Notes: generated from the sequence alone by a model not told the origin. DNA of 64,000 nucleotides from Microthyrium microscopicum (GCA_010405405.1 MU004231.1:2495860-2559859); one strand, 5' to 3'. Counted from the stretch's first letter, positions 22,135 through 34,506 are shown. Numbers and translations are program-made.

Positions 22135-23952
22135 TTAGCTTGGAGGAGGCTTTGGTTCTGTGCTTGCTGTGCTCGGCCTCCGCGAATTAGCACTGGTATC
22201 GGCCTCAGCAACCTGTTTTTCCAAAAAGTCTGACCAAAGATCTGCTAAACTTTCTTTATTACCTCTTTGATCCATCAGTGAGTCCGGAGAGTTGAGCGCT
22301 GCTACACTTGGTGTGCGCTTAAAAGGTGACATTGGTATCTTCAAACTGGAAGCCATAGATGAACCGCCCGGTCTAGCAAGACCTGCTTGTTCTTTTTGAT
22401 CTATATTCATGTCAGCTTGCTCATGCCGCTTTGAGATGTTGCGAACTTACCCTCGCTCCAAGCCAGCAGGGCGGCAATTATCTGCAAGACCTGGAATTTC
22501 TTGGGATCCGACCGATCCAAGGTTAAAAAGTGAAGGAAGTGATTGGTGACCACTTGTCGATCGACCATGTCTTCCGGGTTCTTCTGCTTGATGAAACGGA
22601 GTGCTTTGGTAAGATGGTCGTTCAATATGACGCCTTCATGCCTCAATTTGCCTATCAGCAAGGTCTTCTCCTTGACCTCCTTTTCAAAAGGTAGTGCTCT
22701 GTCAAGCTGTGTCTGCGCTTCCTCGAGATCTCGTTTAGCCGACAAGGCAATGTCTTCTGACGCTTGTCGCTGTTTGCGTACTTCCTCAAGCTGTGCTTCT
22801 GCACTTTCCACAAGTTCTCTGAGCTCCTTTTTTCTCGCTTCCAAGTTGTTAGCCTTGGATAATAAGAAATGTCACGATGCTTACCCTCTTGTATCTCGCG
22901 CAATGCTCTCTGTAAGCCTTCAACGGTCTGAGTCTGTGTATCTCTTTCCGAAGTAGCGCGTTCATAGGCCTCCCTAAGGTTAGCTAGCTGCTCCTCCAAC
23001 TCGCTAACTTGTTCGGCGAGATCTTCGCGCTTAGAGCTCTGTTCTCTTGCAATGACTTCCCAATCAAGCATCACTTGCGTCGCTCTTTCGCACTCGTCCC
23101 TAATTGTGGCTTCGCGACTAATGAGATCATCGCGCTCTTTAGCCCAATTCTGTGATGATATGTTGGCACGATCGCGAAGGCTGTTTATTTCCTGGGCTTG
23201 TAGTTCGGATTGCTTCTTTTGTTTGCTTAGTGCTGTCTCTAGCTCGTCATTTCGATCTTCAAGAGAATTGTTTTGTTCTTCGAGTTCTTCGATGCGTGTG
23301 TTGTTTTGCGCTATCTCCTCCTAGAATTGTATAAGCTTGTGGTCCGAGGCTTGAAACATAAAGACTTACGGTATTCGCCCTCATACGTTCGCCCAAACTA
23401 GCCGTAATGGTATTCACCCGATCTTTGAGGGTACTATACGAGGTCTCGACTTCTTCTTTGCTAGTTTGAGATTCTTCAAGTTGAGACTTCAGATCTTCAA
23501 CCTCTTTGTCGTGTGTTCCTTGTATGCCTTCCAGTGATTTCCTAAGTTCCACCACCTCTTGCCGCAACTGGTCGCGTTCTTTCGCCATGGCTTCTAATTT
23601 ATCGGAGATATCGGGACTATCCGCTTCTGATTTCGAGGGTATCGTTGTGGTATCGGCAATTGGCTGGTTATATCTGTTAGACCATACTTCCATTGAGTGG
23701 GAAGGAACTTGTCATACTGTCTGCGCTTCCTCCTCCTCTTCATCTTCTTCAGCTACCTTTGACGCATGTTCTTCTACTCCGTTTGGTGTTCCATTTTCTT
23801 CACCCGTAGGTGCTTTCAAAGCACCTGCCTTCTTCTTTTTGTTCTTCTTCTTGCTCTTCGTTGCCGCGCCTAAATGTCGTGTTAGTGCTGAGCGCATAGC
23901 TGGGACAATGGCACTGACCGCTCGCCGGTATAGTGTCTATAGGATCGGCCAT
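22135..23952 (-). CDS. RUD3: GRIP/GRAB-domain golgin (Rud3/GMAP-210-like Golgi matrix protein)
   Basis: Multi-exon coiled coil ending in KEKTLLIGKLRHE...VDRQVVTNHFLHFL...KFQVLQIIAALLAW and LADLWSDFLE. Start MADPIDTIPASG. Confidence 0.8.
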
Positions 23953-24747
23953 CTTTTTGCAAGCAGCAATGAATGGCCAGTCAAGAGGTTTGGCGACTTT
24001 GAGGAATCGGCTGAAGGACACCTTGAGTTTGTGATGCCGTGACTTTGGGCCTACTGCAGACAGGGATGCTGTCCGCGCGTCTAGTCTAGCGATTATCCCC
24101 GCCAATCACGGTCCTTGAAGCCCGCAACCAGTTATGTTGAATTGGACAGAGTAAAGAGTATTTGAGAAATCAAATCGAGAATTTAGCGAAATAGTTAGAA
24201 GAATAATGTCTCTTAAAAAATTGGAGTCGTTGTAGGGCTTATCTGGCAGACTCCTACGGTCTAGCTTTGTCCTTCCCAACGAAACAGGCTAATATCTCCA
24301 GACAGTTTGGTACCACAATCACTTTTGGGCCACCTAAAATTGGACGTCACGGTCGCACAACGTAAAGAATATGCTTTGACCTGTTGTGCTTGATAAACAC
24401 GAATTCAGACATCGAGGACAAAAAATGTCGTCAAGTGGTAGCGATCATCACCCAAGTACAATAAATGAATGGCATTTAAGCAGCAGTCTTAGAGTGCTCG
24501 TGTCAATAGCTTTGCCACTTTGAATCAAGGCATACCTTGCCAAACGACTTAAATAAACTGTAGTTTGTTGTACTTGTTCATCGAGTCGACTATTGGAAGG
24601 CTGAGCGGAGTTAGCCGCACCTAAGCGAAGACGCGTACAAGCCCACCAGCGTGTTTGGCACCTAGCAACAGTCTGTTTACCAATACCCAACTTCGTTCCA
24701 TCCATCGACTAAAAGCAAAAAGTTGCCTTGCTTCATGAGTCTGCAGT

Positions 24748-26446
24748 ATGGTACAGGCTCCGAGCTCTCAAGCCGCGCCGCTGCCGCGTGATCTTCCTTT
24801 CAGATTGACCTCAGGAACCATCGGAACCGGAGCATATGCCTTGTAAGTACAGCAATACCTGAGTAAAATGAAGCTAGGCTAACTCAAGCAGCATTCGCAA
24901 AGCAGAGCCGCTTACGCAGAGGACTCCAGTCATAGCTGTCAAGTTCATCAACAAAGAGCACGCGTTCAACATCGGCCGCTTAAAGCCCCGCCAACTCGCA
25001 AACGAAATCGCCCTTCATAGCCACTTGAAAAGACACCGTAACATAATCGAGTTTCTCAGTGCAGGAGAAGACACAAATTGGAAATGGATAGCAATGGAGC
25101 TGGCCGAGGGTGGCGATCTATTTGACAAGATAGAAGCAGATGTTGGGGTTGGAGAAGATGTTGCGCAGACATACTTCATCCAGATGATCAACGCTGTGAG
25201 CTACATGCACACGAAGGGTGTTGCCCATCGAGATCTGAAACCAGAAAATGTTCTACTGTCGGGTAATGGAGATCTAAAACTTGCGGACTTTGGACTTGCC
25301 TCACTTTTTATGCACAAGGGGCAGGTAAAGAAAGCAAAATCAGTGGTTGGTAGTCCACCATACATGGCGCCTGAGATAATAGAGGCTGGACATCAAGGAA
25401 TTGGATATGAGCCAAACGTTTCCGACATATGGTCCTGTGGAATTGTCTTGTTCGTGCTATTAGTCGGAAACACGCCATGGGATGAGCCAACAGGTCGAAG
25501 TTGGGAGTTTAGAGATTTTGTTTCACGAAAAGGAAAGGGCGACACAGTGGAAGATGAATTATGGGCAAAAATACCACCGACTGCGCTGTCGTTACTCCAT
25601 GGCATGCTCAAACTGAACATCGACGAGCGATTCAGCCTCGAACAAGTTCGTACACATCCTTGGTTTACAAAACCCAACAAGTTCCTCGACAAAAATGGAC
25701 AAATTGCCGATCAAATTGCACTCGCCACGCAAATGATAGAAAACCTACATATCGACTTCAACAATCCGAACTTGGCTGCTGTACGACGCCAAAGACCGCA
25801 GGATCCAGATGCTATGGACGTTGATCCACCCAAAGAAGCATCACCGCAATACAAAGAACTAGACGAGCTCAAGAAATCTTCATCACAGCCAGATGGCCCC
25901 ATGGCAGAAGCCGCGTCCAACTGGGAACGGCCATCTGCATTTGGCGATATGGTGTCAGCAAGCCAGCCCATCACCGCTCATACCGCACTCTATCCATCCA
26001 CTCAACTCTCACCACACATCTCCAACATTCTGGCCAACGACATCTCACTCTCCCAATTTACGAGTACACCGAGCGTACCGCTTTCTCGCACTCAAGCTGC
26101 TCGACGCTTCAACGATATTGTTCCCGCCTATACCAACGCGCGCTTTGTCACTTTGCTAAACCTGACATTGCTTTCGGAACTAATATCGAATGCTTTGCAT
26201 AGGCTCGGTATACCGTCAAAGATCGTCACGAAGGGAGAGGATAGGGAGCGATGTGCATATCTACAAGTCAGCATGCAAGATTCTCGTGGACAAGGCATGA
26301 AAGGAACGATTATGATCGAGCCATTCGGCCCCGAATGCCACGAAGTGCGATTTGTCAAGGCCAAAGGAGATCCTTTAGAGTGGCGAAGATTCTTCAAGAA
26401 TGTTTGTGCGCATTGTAAAGATGCAATCATCGTGCCCAACATGTAG
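24748..26446 (+). CDS. CHK1: Checkpoint kinase Chk1
   Basis: Kinase motifs IGTGAYA, VAHRDLKPEN, DFG, GSPPYMAPE and DIWSCG, plus the Chk1-typical C-terminus VRFVKAKGDPLEWRRFFK. Intron near 24843-24890. Confidence 0.92.
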
Positions 26447-26592
26447 ATATAAAAAGCGATTGCATCATGTGGAGCATGTTTGCCACTTTACATGTTGATT
26501 AAATCATATACTGATGAGCTAGAACACGACTTACAGCAAGTATGAGATACGACCCCTTTCATGCTGTCTATGAGAGTATCTATTTTGTATGC

Positions 26593-27927
26593 TCAAATAA
26601 TTCCAACAGGATTTCCATCTTTTTTGTACACTTTCCCGTCCTTCATCACGAAGTTTACTTGACGTAATGCCTTTATGTCATCCAGCGGATTTGAGTCGAG
26701 AGCGATGATATCGGCCGCGAATCCCTTCTCCAAAGAGCCGAATCGTCGTCCAGCAAGATCTTTGCCACAAGCCTTCCAGCCATGAAGTGTACCAGCTTGC
26801 AACACGTCAAGTATAGGGACGCCTGCTTCAATCATCAACTCCATCTCTCTTGCATTGTCTCCATGTGCAAAAGCGCCAGTATCTCCACCACAGGCAAGTT
26901 CTACGCCAAGATCAAATGCACCTCTAGTCTGCGCAAACGATGCATCCATGACTGCTCGTGGGGCCTCAAGTTCTATAACGGACAATGTCGGAACGAATAT
27001 CACACCATGATCTTTCATAGCCTTCAAAGCCTCGTCGCTGCGGTAATATCCATGCTCGATGGTGTCAACTCCTGCCTTTGCAGCCATGATCACAGCTTCG
27101 GGAGACCCAGCGTGCGCCGCAATTGGTGCCTTCGAGACCCTTGCTTCCTGAACCATAACATCCATCTCCTCTTGTGTGAAGAGAACGATATTTGGATTCC
27201 GCGCTTCATTAACGCCTAGATCATCAGCTGGCGGAAAACATATTGGTCTAGCACCAGGCCAACTCTCCTTCGGAAATCTGAGTGCTTTCTTTCGATAATC
27301 GGCATAGAATTTGACGATGTCAGCGCCAGCGCCGATTCGTCGTCTGACAGCCGCTCTGCATCCATCAACTCCATCCGCTGGATCAGATATACGTGGTATC
27401 ATAGTGCCTCCTGGACGTGCATTTTCCTGCCGAACTTCGTAGCCAGCACTACTAGTAATACATTCCGTCGCAACGAAAAGCCTTGGACCAGGGACAATGC
27501 CTCGATTGACCGCATTTCGGAACGCAACATCTGCATCCTCCAGTCCTTCGGTCCCCAGATCACGGTACGTGGTATATCCAGCAAGCAAGGCAGCGCGGCA
27601 GTGATTCGTCGCTCGTAGTATTCTTTCCACCATGGATTCATCTCGCATCTGATACATAGACGGAGTGTCGCTGTAAGGATGTAGAAAGATATGTGTGTGG
27701 GCGTCGACGAAGCCAGGCAACACTGTCTTGCCTCGTAAATCGATGTCTGGCGGAGTTATGTGGTTTGGTAGAGCATCTTTTCGCTTGTATACTTTGGTGA
27801 TCAGACCGGATGTAGGATCAACAGTTATTGAGAGGTCTGAATGAAAGGTCTTGTGCTTCGAGTCGAAGAGCACACTTGTGTGGACATCAAATACATCCTT
27901 CTTTGAAGAGGTCGAAGTGGCTACCAT
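26593..27927 (-). CDS. Metal-dependent amidohydrolase (Xaa-Pro dipeptidase-like subfamily)
   Basis: Motifs DLRGKTVLPGFVDAHTH, GADIVKFY, AAHA, AGVDTIEHG, GGDTG and ADIIALDSNPLDDI. Start assigned to MVATS, although the ORF extends to 28095. Confidence 0.88.
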   Translation of the reverse strand: MVATSTSSKKDVFDVHTSVLFDSKHKTFHSDLSITVDPTSGLITKVYKRKDALPNHITPPDIDLRGKTVLPGFVDAHTHIFLHPYSDTPSMYQMRDESMVERILRATNHCRAALLAGYTTYRDLGTEGLEDADVAFRNAVNRGIVPGPRLFVATECITSSAGYEVRQENARPGGTMIPRISDPADGVDGCRAAVRRRIGAGADIVKFYADYRKKALRFPKESWPGARPICFPPADDLGVNEARNPNIVLFTQEEMDVMVQEARVSKAPIAAHAGSPEAVIMAAKAGVDTIEHGYYRSDEALKAMKDHGVIFVPTLSVIELEAPRAVMDASFAQTRGAFDLGVELACGGDTGAFAHGDNAREMELMIEAGVPILDVLQAGTLHGWKACGKDLAGRRFGSLEKGFAADIIALDSNPLDDIKALRQVNFVMKDGKVYKKDGNPVGII

Positions 27928-28362
27928 CTTTGAGCTTGCGGTTTCCACTACATGTATGCGAGTTTCTCGAGTCATGGCGTGAGCTCTCTTAGTATTCCGA
28001 GCTTTATTTGTAAGGTAATGATTGATGTTGGTGTCTGCATATAATTTGGGGTATGGTACAGGTACTGACGTAGCATTGATCGCCTGCATGTGCACCCTAG
28101 TCTCACTTGATACTCTTTATTGCAGAGTTGGTTGAAACTTGACAACCTCTTAAGATATCGGGTTTTCTGCATCGACACAAATTTATCAAGCTACTTCGAC
28201 AAACTCTTAAATTCTTGACAGGACTACATTTCCAAAATGTGAACTATTTTGGCACAACATCCAGCGCAGATTGTAAGAAAATGGCACTATCAGATCCAGT
28301 ACAAAAGCTGTGCCAATAGCCTACTTACTAGTAGGTAGTGAGAGTTGTTGTTTTGAGTGCCA

Positions 28363-29775
28363 TCATTGCTCATTGGCATCGAGCCTAAATTGATGAAGCT
28401 TCTCAAGATACCATCTACAGGCAGTTTCGTTGACATCAAGACCTCGATTTCGTACTGGAAGAACGATAGTGTCGTGATTGTTCCTCAAACTCTTCCAGAC
28501 ATCGTAAGGAATGTTTCCGATCTGCTCCCCTTCTTCCAAAAATCGCTTCTTCCAACAAGCTCCCAAGGATAAATATATGCCGACTCTGCCACATTCGATC
28601 TTAGCACGATCAAAATGTTCCCATGGATAGTTGACAGTTACTGCCCATTCGTGGTGTTTCGTGAAAGCGTAAGGCCCGAAGAAAATACTGTGTCCTATCT
28701 CCTTAATTTGTCTTATGTGCTCATCTGGACCTGGATCGTTTCCGTAGATCAGCTTCATTCTGCTCAATAAGCCATCCTGTTTACGAGCTTGTTGAGCAAA
28801 TGAAACCAGCCAGTCCATATGCTCCCATGGCCACGGATGTATTCCGTCCCTGGTTCCCAGATCCCATACTAACTGTTGAAGCTTTGGTCCTACGATTCGT
28901 TGCGCCGTATCAATTGCCGCAAGTTTGGTGTCTACGACATTGAAATATCCCCCGCGGATCCGGAGAATCTGAAGGTTTGGAAATATCGAAGCTATATTGA
29001 AGGTGTATCCATTATCGCGAGTTGCAGCATGTATGCCACCATGTTGGTTCCAAGGTCCACTCCAGTGGTGACGAAAATCTAGAACTCGAAGATTTGTGGC
29101 AAATATCTTTGCTGACAAGTGGTTGTTGAGACTGGTATGTCCAGGATGATGGAACGCGATCCCCCAGAGTAAGCCGTGAACAGTCAGGTGTAGCCTCTCG
29201 ACGCTTGCTGGCAATTCGAAAACCGATCCCAGTGGACACTGTCTTCTACGGAGGCTGTTATCGTGACTAATGCTGACATGTTGTAGTCGAGGGAAAGCCT
29301 TCCAAAGGCCATGAGAGGAAACGGTTGTAGCTTGACAAGACTTGCCAAAAATCTCCGCCGAGCACTGCGTATACTGTATCCTTAGGCACTCCACCAACGG
29401 CATGAATTTCAGTAATTCGATCAGTTGAATCTTTGGACTCGTCCGAAGTGCATTGTAAAATGAGAGGCGATTTATTTCCAAAACCCGACACCGAGCTCCA
29501 AGTTGCGGGTTTCTTGCGAATATTTGCAACAATCGTTGACCTCTATCGTCAAGTCGTAAGTGAGGGCGTGCTGTGAACCTGAGAGAATGATATAATAAAG
29601 CGTCACAGAGCTTCCAAAAGTAGAAGCAGACGAGACGCAGCCGAGAGATTGCCCTTTTGTCGTATTTACTGCATTTGGCCTCCGGATGATGTCCAGGTGG
29701 GCTCTTTGTGACTGCCAATTCTAATATCCTTTCTGCGATCTCCGCCGGTATGCGAGGTTTCCATGGTTTTGCCAT
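28363..29775 (-). CDS. F-box-like protein with degenerate LRR-like repeats
   Basis: N-terminal IPAEIAERILEL...LRLVCFYFWKLCDALLYHSL pattern followed by repeated FPxLxxLxI-type segments. Confidence 0.55.
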   Translation of the reverse strand: MAKPWKPRIPAEIAERILELAVTKSPPGHHPEAKCSKYDKRAISRLRLVCFYFWKLCDALLYHSLRFTARPHLRLDDRGQRLLQIFARNPQLGARCRVLEINRLSFYNALRTSPKIQLIELLKFMPLVECLRIQYTQCSAEIFGKSCQATTVSSHGLWKAFPRLQHVSISHDNSLRRRQCPLGSVFELPASVERLHLTVHGLLWGIAFHHPGHTSLNNHLSAKIFATNLRVLDFRHHWSGPWNQHGGIHAATRDNGYTFNIASIFPNLQILRIRGGYFNVVDTKLAAIDTAQRIVGPKLQQLVWDLGTRDGIHPWPWEHMDWLVSFAQQARKQDGLLSRMKLIYGNDPGPDEHIRQIKEIGHSIFFGPYAFTKHHEWAVTVNYPWEHFDRAKIECGRVGIYLSLGACWKKRFLEEGEQIGNIPYDVWKSLRNNHDTIVLPVRNRGLDVNETACRWYLEKLHQFRLDANEQ

Positions 29776-31176
29776 GTTGATAATAAAGTTCTGACAATAT
29801 TCTTTGACTGGGGTAAGTCTAGTATGAAGACGACTCGACTGAAGTATACCTGGTCAGTGGTGAGTAGATGGCCTGACTGGATTATATCCCGTTGGAATAT
29901 GGAAATCAACTTGAACGCCAGGGAAAATAGTGAGCAAATTCAACTCACCGATATAGTAGAAACATCGTACGATTATGATCGTCCTAGTTTTGTGTACGCG
30001 TGTGTTGTCATGTGTCTTACTGTCGATTTTTTGGTAGAGTCTTGCCCGACTTTTGTCCCCAAAAAGCGTGTATAAGTACCATTAAATGTTCAACTTAGTT
30101 TCACCATCCGCCTCATTTCCAGTATATCTATCTACTGCTTGACGTGTCGAGAATGGACACTCGTTGATTCGTGGAACTTCCAGTGTATCATGCACGGTCT
30201 TGGTAGACAGTAAACTATTCGGACCGTGAAATGAAGTAGCACCCAAAAGGCGCTGGTTGATTTGCCACAAGAAGTATCTAAAACTAGTAGTAGTAGTGTG
30301 TCGAAAATTCTACGCAGAACATCGCACGTCCAGTTCATGATATGTTTGGTGAGAGTAAAAGGCAGTATACTTACGAGTCACCATGGTGCTTTCCTCTTAC
30401 CATTATGAATGTGAGACACAAACAACACGATTCATCTGACGACTCTTTGGAGTCTTTCTTGAAATCTACCATTCTTCGAAGCTGTCAACTAACTAAGCAC
30501 CAAGAAATCAACCTGGTATCTCCGTAATAGCTTGCCGTTGTGTTTGGAAGGATTTCATCGAGAGTAAGCCGTTAACCGAGTGCTTCCTCGGCTTCCGTTT
30601 GTTTGTTACCGAATTCTTATACAGGACCTTCGAATAGCAATGGACAGGGTCCTCATCTGATGACTAGCAGATACAATGTTGTAAAGTGATACTTAGTTCC
30701 CGTCGTACTGTCGTGAATATGCTCCTGAGATGGAGACACACGAATAGTACATATATGGAGAGCTGGAAATCCAGAAACTGGTGAAATCATGAGAAGCTAT
30801 TATATTGACATATCCATTTAATCGCCCTTGCTCTTGACATCGCCAAAGCGAGATGATGTTGGCATTGTTGATGGAAGTGGAGGATGGTTGGGTGGTTCAA
30901 AGCAACGAGCGAGGCAGCGCAAGGCAGCGCTAGAGGGTGATCGTGGGGGCTCTGGTAGTTCTCTACAGATCTCAAATTTTTCGAGACTTACTCATCGCCT
31001 GTGACTCCTCCGCCATCACTTAAATGAGCTTGAAAGTAGTCTGCTTTTGCTCTCCAGTATCTTATCATGCCAAGCACATTCAGCGCATCTCCAAAAAGCA
31101 AGCGCCAATTCCTAGACACGTCGCCCAACGCGCATATCGCATACCATCAAGAAAACGACCATCCGCATCACTCACC

Positions 31177-32838
31177 ATGAGCCAAGAGTCACCAACAACT
31201 CCACAGTCTCCAAAAGCCGACTACACAAAATGGAGCAACGATGAGCTCGTTCAACGGGTGCTAGCTCTTGAAAGGAAACTCCGCGACCAAGTCAACGCCT
31301 CAGGCACCCCGAACCCGTCCATAAACTCTATCAAACCAGCGAAGCAACCCAAAGCTCCTAAACCTTTCGATCCCTCGAAATACACTACACGTTTGATCGG
31401 GCTCAAATTCGCATATCTCGGTGCATCGTATAATGGGTTGGAATACTCGGGAAATGCTGCCCCGCTGCCAACTGTCGAAGAAGAAGTGTGGAAGGCATTG
31501 GTGCGATGTCGCCTTATTTCTCCACCCTCATTGGCAAAATGGGGCCTGGACAAGAGTCTTGCGCAGCTAAGGATGTTCGGGCCTAGCGAGGCACCAGTTG
31601 ACTGGGAGGGTTGCGAATACAGTAAATGTGGGCGGACGGACCGTGGAGTCAGCGCGTTTGGACAAGTCATTGGTATTAGAGTTAGAAGTGCTAGGAAGAT
31701 CAAAGCTCTACCTACGGTTACTGTGGAATCTACCGAAAATCAAGATCGCATCGAGGAAACGGAAGAGGATGGACCGGTAGAAGCGGAGAAGCAAGATTTT
31801 GACCCGATCAAGGACGAGCTACCGTACATTTCCCTCCTCAACGCAGTCCTTCCACCCACGATTCGCATGGTTGCTTGGTGTCCATTTCCCACGTCAAATT
31901 TCAATGCAAGATTTTCGTGCAAGGAACGCGAATATCGATATTTCTTCACGCAGCCAGCTTTCCTCCCCCTATCCAGAAAACACCTGGATCAAAAGTACAC
32001 TGCGCGCCTGGATATAGCTGCAATGCGGGAGGCTGCTGCTCATCTAGTTGGGAGTCACGATTTTCGTAACATGTGCAAAATTGACCCCAGCAAGCAGATT
32101 ACCGAATTCGTGAGGAAAATCACGCTAGCTACAGTGGAACGCGCAGATACGGTGGGAATGGAAGATTTGCAAGAGCCTGCGGATACTGAAGTGTATTGTG
32201 TAAGATTCCATGGATCTGCATTTCTTTGGCATCAGGTGCGCTGCATGGTAGCTGTCCTTTTTCTTGTAGGCCAAGGACTTGAAAAGCCCAGTGTGGTCCA
32301 AGAGCTGCTCGATATCAAGAACTGTACTGCGAAACCAGCCTATGAAATGGCCGGTGACCGTCCCCTCGTACTGTGGGATTGTCGATTCTCGGCTACTGCT
32401 GGTAAAGTCTTGGACAGATCAAGCAATCATCCATCGCTTTGGGATAGAGGCGAAGGTGCGGATGAACTTGAGTGGATCAAGGCTGGTGAGGATCATCTAG
32501 TTGGCAGATTTGCGTCCACCATGAAGTGGAATAAATCTGGTTTGATGGAAGACCTTTGGCAGAACTGGCGAGGTGCCAAGATGGACGAGATTTTGACAGC
32601 ACAATTGATGGAGTTGGTGGCTGGCAAAAACGCTCAAATCCCAGACGACGCTTTCCAGGACAGAGACAAGAGTGTACGCGTTTTCCAAGGTGAGGATACC
32701 GCAGTCAGCCGGGGAGTGTATGTTCCGCTGATGAAGCGAGAACGATCTGACACCCCAGAAGCCTTGAATGCCCGGTGGGCGGAGAGGAAGGGAGTAGCTG
32801 TGCGTCAGTCTAGACGTGATACAAACGGTGCTGACTAG
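31177..32838 (+). CDS. DEG1: tRNA pseudouridine(38/39) synthase Pus3/Deg1
   Basis: LKFAYLGASYNG, catalytic YSKCGRTDRGVSA, FNARFSCKEREYRYFF, GSHDFRNMCK and GSAFLWHQVRCM. Confidence 0.92.
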   Translation: MSQESPTTPQSPKADYTKWSNDELVQRVLALERKLRDQVNASGTPNPSINSIKPAKQPKAPKPFDPSKYTTRLIGLKFAYLGASYNGLEYSGNAAPLPTVEEEVWKALVRCRLISPPSLAKWGLDKSLAQLRMFGPSEAPVDWEGCEYSKCGRTDRGVSAFGQVIGIRVRSARKIKALPTVTVESTENQDRIEETEEDGPVEAEKQDFDPIKDELPYISLLNAVLPPTIRMVAWCPFPTSNFNARFSCKEREYRYFFTQPAFLPLSRKHLDQKYTARLDIAAMREAAAHLVGSHDFRNMCKIDPSKQITEFVRKITLATVERADTVGMEDLQEPADTEVYCVRFHGSAFLWHQVRCMVAVLFLVGQGLEKPSVVQELLDIKNCTAKPAYEMAGDRPLVLWDCRFSATAGKVLDRSSNHPSLWDRGEGADELEWIKAGEDHLVGRFASTMKWNKSGLMEDLWQNWRGAKMDEILTAQLMELVAGKNAQIPDDAFQDRDKSVRVFQGEDTAVSRGVYVPLMKRERSDTPEALNARWAERKGVAVRQSRRDTNGAD

Positions 32839-32841
32839 AGC

Positions 32842-33558
32842 TCAGCTCTTTGGCTCATAAAGACATTTCCTTGCTCCTCGCCAGACTTCTTCCAGTATCA
32901 CTCGTCCCGGCAGTAAAGTCTAGTTCTTGTTAGCTTAATTTCTGGCGAATAGGCTGGTGTTCTTACTGGGAATACGACTACTACATCCTCTTCATCTTCA
33001 ACTACAATGGCAAGATAAAATCGAACCTCGAAACCTTTAAAGGCCTCATGAATGAAGATGTCTTGGATTGATGTTGTCGGAATGAATCTCGTAGTTGCTG
33101 TGGATAAATATGTCGAAGAAGAAGTGGTAGTCTCAACTCCTAATCCACGAAGTACCAATAACGACTCCTCTGTATGTATGTGAGCTGCTAAACCTTATCT
33201 GCCATAACATCAACTTACCAGTATATTCTCTTCTGACCAAAATCCACATGCTAAAAACACAGATCGGTACCAAGTATCGCACGGCAGCAGCGTTCGCCAG
33301 CATCGCCGCCCACTGTCCTGTAGGCGTATCGCTTAGCCATTGAGGAATGGTTGCTTGGTTCGAGTGCACCATCGTAGAATCCCATTTCGTCCATAGTACA
33401 AGTAGGACTTGAGCAACTAGCAGAAATCTGACAGCTAGAAAGCCATAATGAATGAGACGCGCTTGCAGTGTTTCGATAGGGGCTCTTGTAGAGACTGTGA
33501 AGGACACAGTTGTCGGCGTTGGCTCCAGCTTCCTCAAAGTGCAAATAGGAGCGGGCAT
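32842..33558 (-). CDS. GPI15: GPI-GlcNAc transferase subunit PIG-H/Gpi15
   Basis: Two TM segments, then EESLLVLRGLGVETT...TRFIPTTSIQDIFIHEAFKGFEVRFYLAIVVEDEEDVVVVFP|TLLPGRVILEEVWRGARKCLYEPKS*; two introns. Confidence 0.85.
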
Positions 33559-33849
33559 TTCAATGGAAGGAAGCAAGTCCAAGCTCTTTCTACATCCACT
33601 CTCCCCTTGCTCGTTATTCCAAAAGATATTGGGGAACGCAGAGTGACCTTCAAGAAAAGTGACAAAGTCAACATTGAAGACTTGAAGTCTAAGCACGTGT
33701 ATAAGGCACGGCCCCTGCCTAGCGCACAGACGTTGGCGATGCGCTAACGATTTGCTTGGGTTGGATATTTAACTTCAAGGCTGCTGCACTATTTATACGT
33801 CCTCAACCACTTTAGTCCAGCTTGGATAAAACAGGTCTAACTCTTCAAA

Positions 33850-34506
33850 ATGGCATCCCCAGAACGTCAGCGCTCTCGATCTCCCGACAAGAGATCAGCA
33901 TCTCCAAAACCACGACAGAAAAGTCGATCTCCAGTGCGACGCCGCTCACCAAACCGTAAGCCCAAAGGATCTGGAGGTTTTAAATGGAAGAGCAAGCCAG
34001 ATCGTGGTTCTCGTAATGAGGAAGACGGTGATAGGCGGGATAATCGAGATGGTCGGGGTGAGAGTTATCGCCCTCGGCGCTACCGTGATGAAAAAGATGG
34101 ACGGGATGGAAGAGATAGAGGTCGTGAGGGCGATAGGAACAGAGCTCCTAGGGATCGAGACTCCCGCAACGATAGAGAAAAACGAGAGTCCGGGAGACAT
34201 GAAGGCCGGGAGTCAGAGCGGGACAAAAAACCAACACGACCTAGCAAACCACCTTCAACACCTGCCGCCACCTTTATAATCGTCAAAGTGAACGACCGTC
34301 TTGGTACATCAGCGCGCATCCCATGCTTGCCCACTGACACTATTGGCGATTTCAAAAAGCTTCTTGCCAACCAAATTGGCCGCAAACCCCACGAGATTAT
34401 GCTCAAGCGTCAAGGCGAGAGACCATTCAGAGATTTCATTACCCTTGAAGACTACAGCGTCACTAATGGCGCACAACTCGACCTCGAGCTCGACACGAGC
34501 GACTAG
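33850..34506 (+). CDS. HUB1: Hub1/UBL5 ubiquitin-like splicing factor with a long RS/RD-rich N-terminal extension
   Basis: C-terminal IIVKVNDRLGTSARIPCLPTDTIGDFKKLLANQIG...FRDFITLEDY matches the Hub1 signature (NDRLG...C...D.IGDFKK). Confidence 0.85.
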   Translation: MASPERQRSRSPDKRSASPKPRQKSRSPVRRRSPNRKPKGSGGFKWKSKPDRGSRNEEDGDRRDNRDGRGESYRPRRYRDEKDGRDGRDRGREGDRNRAPRDRDSRNDREKRESGRHEGRESERDKKPTRPSKPPSTPAATFIIVKVNDRLGTSARIPCLPTDTIGDFKKLLANQIGRKPHEIMLKRQGERPFRDFITLEDYSVTNGAQLDLELDTSD

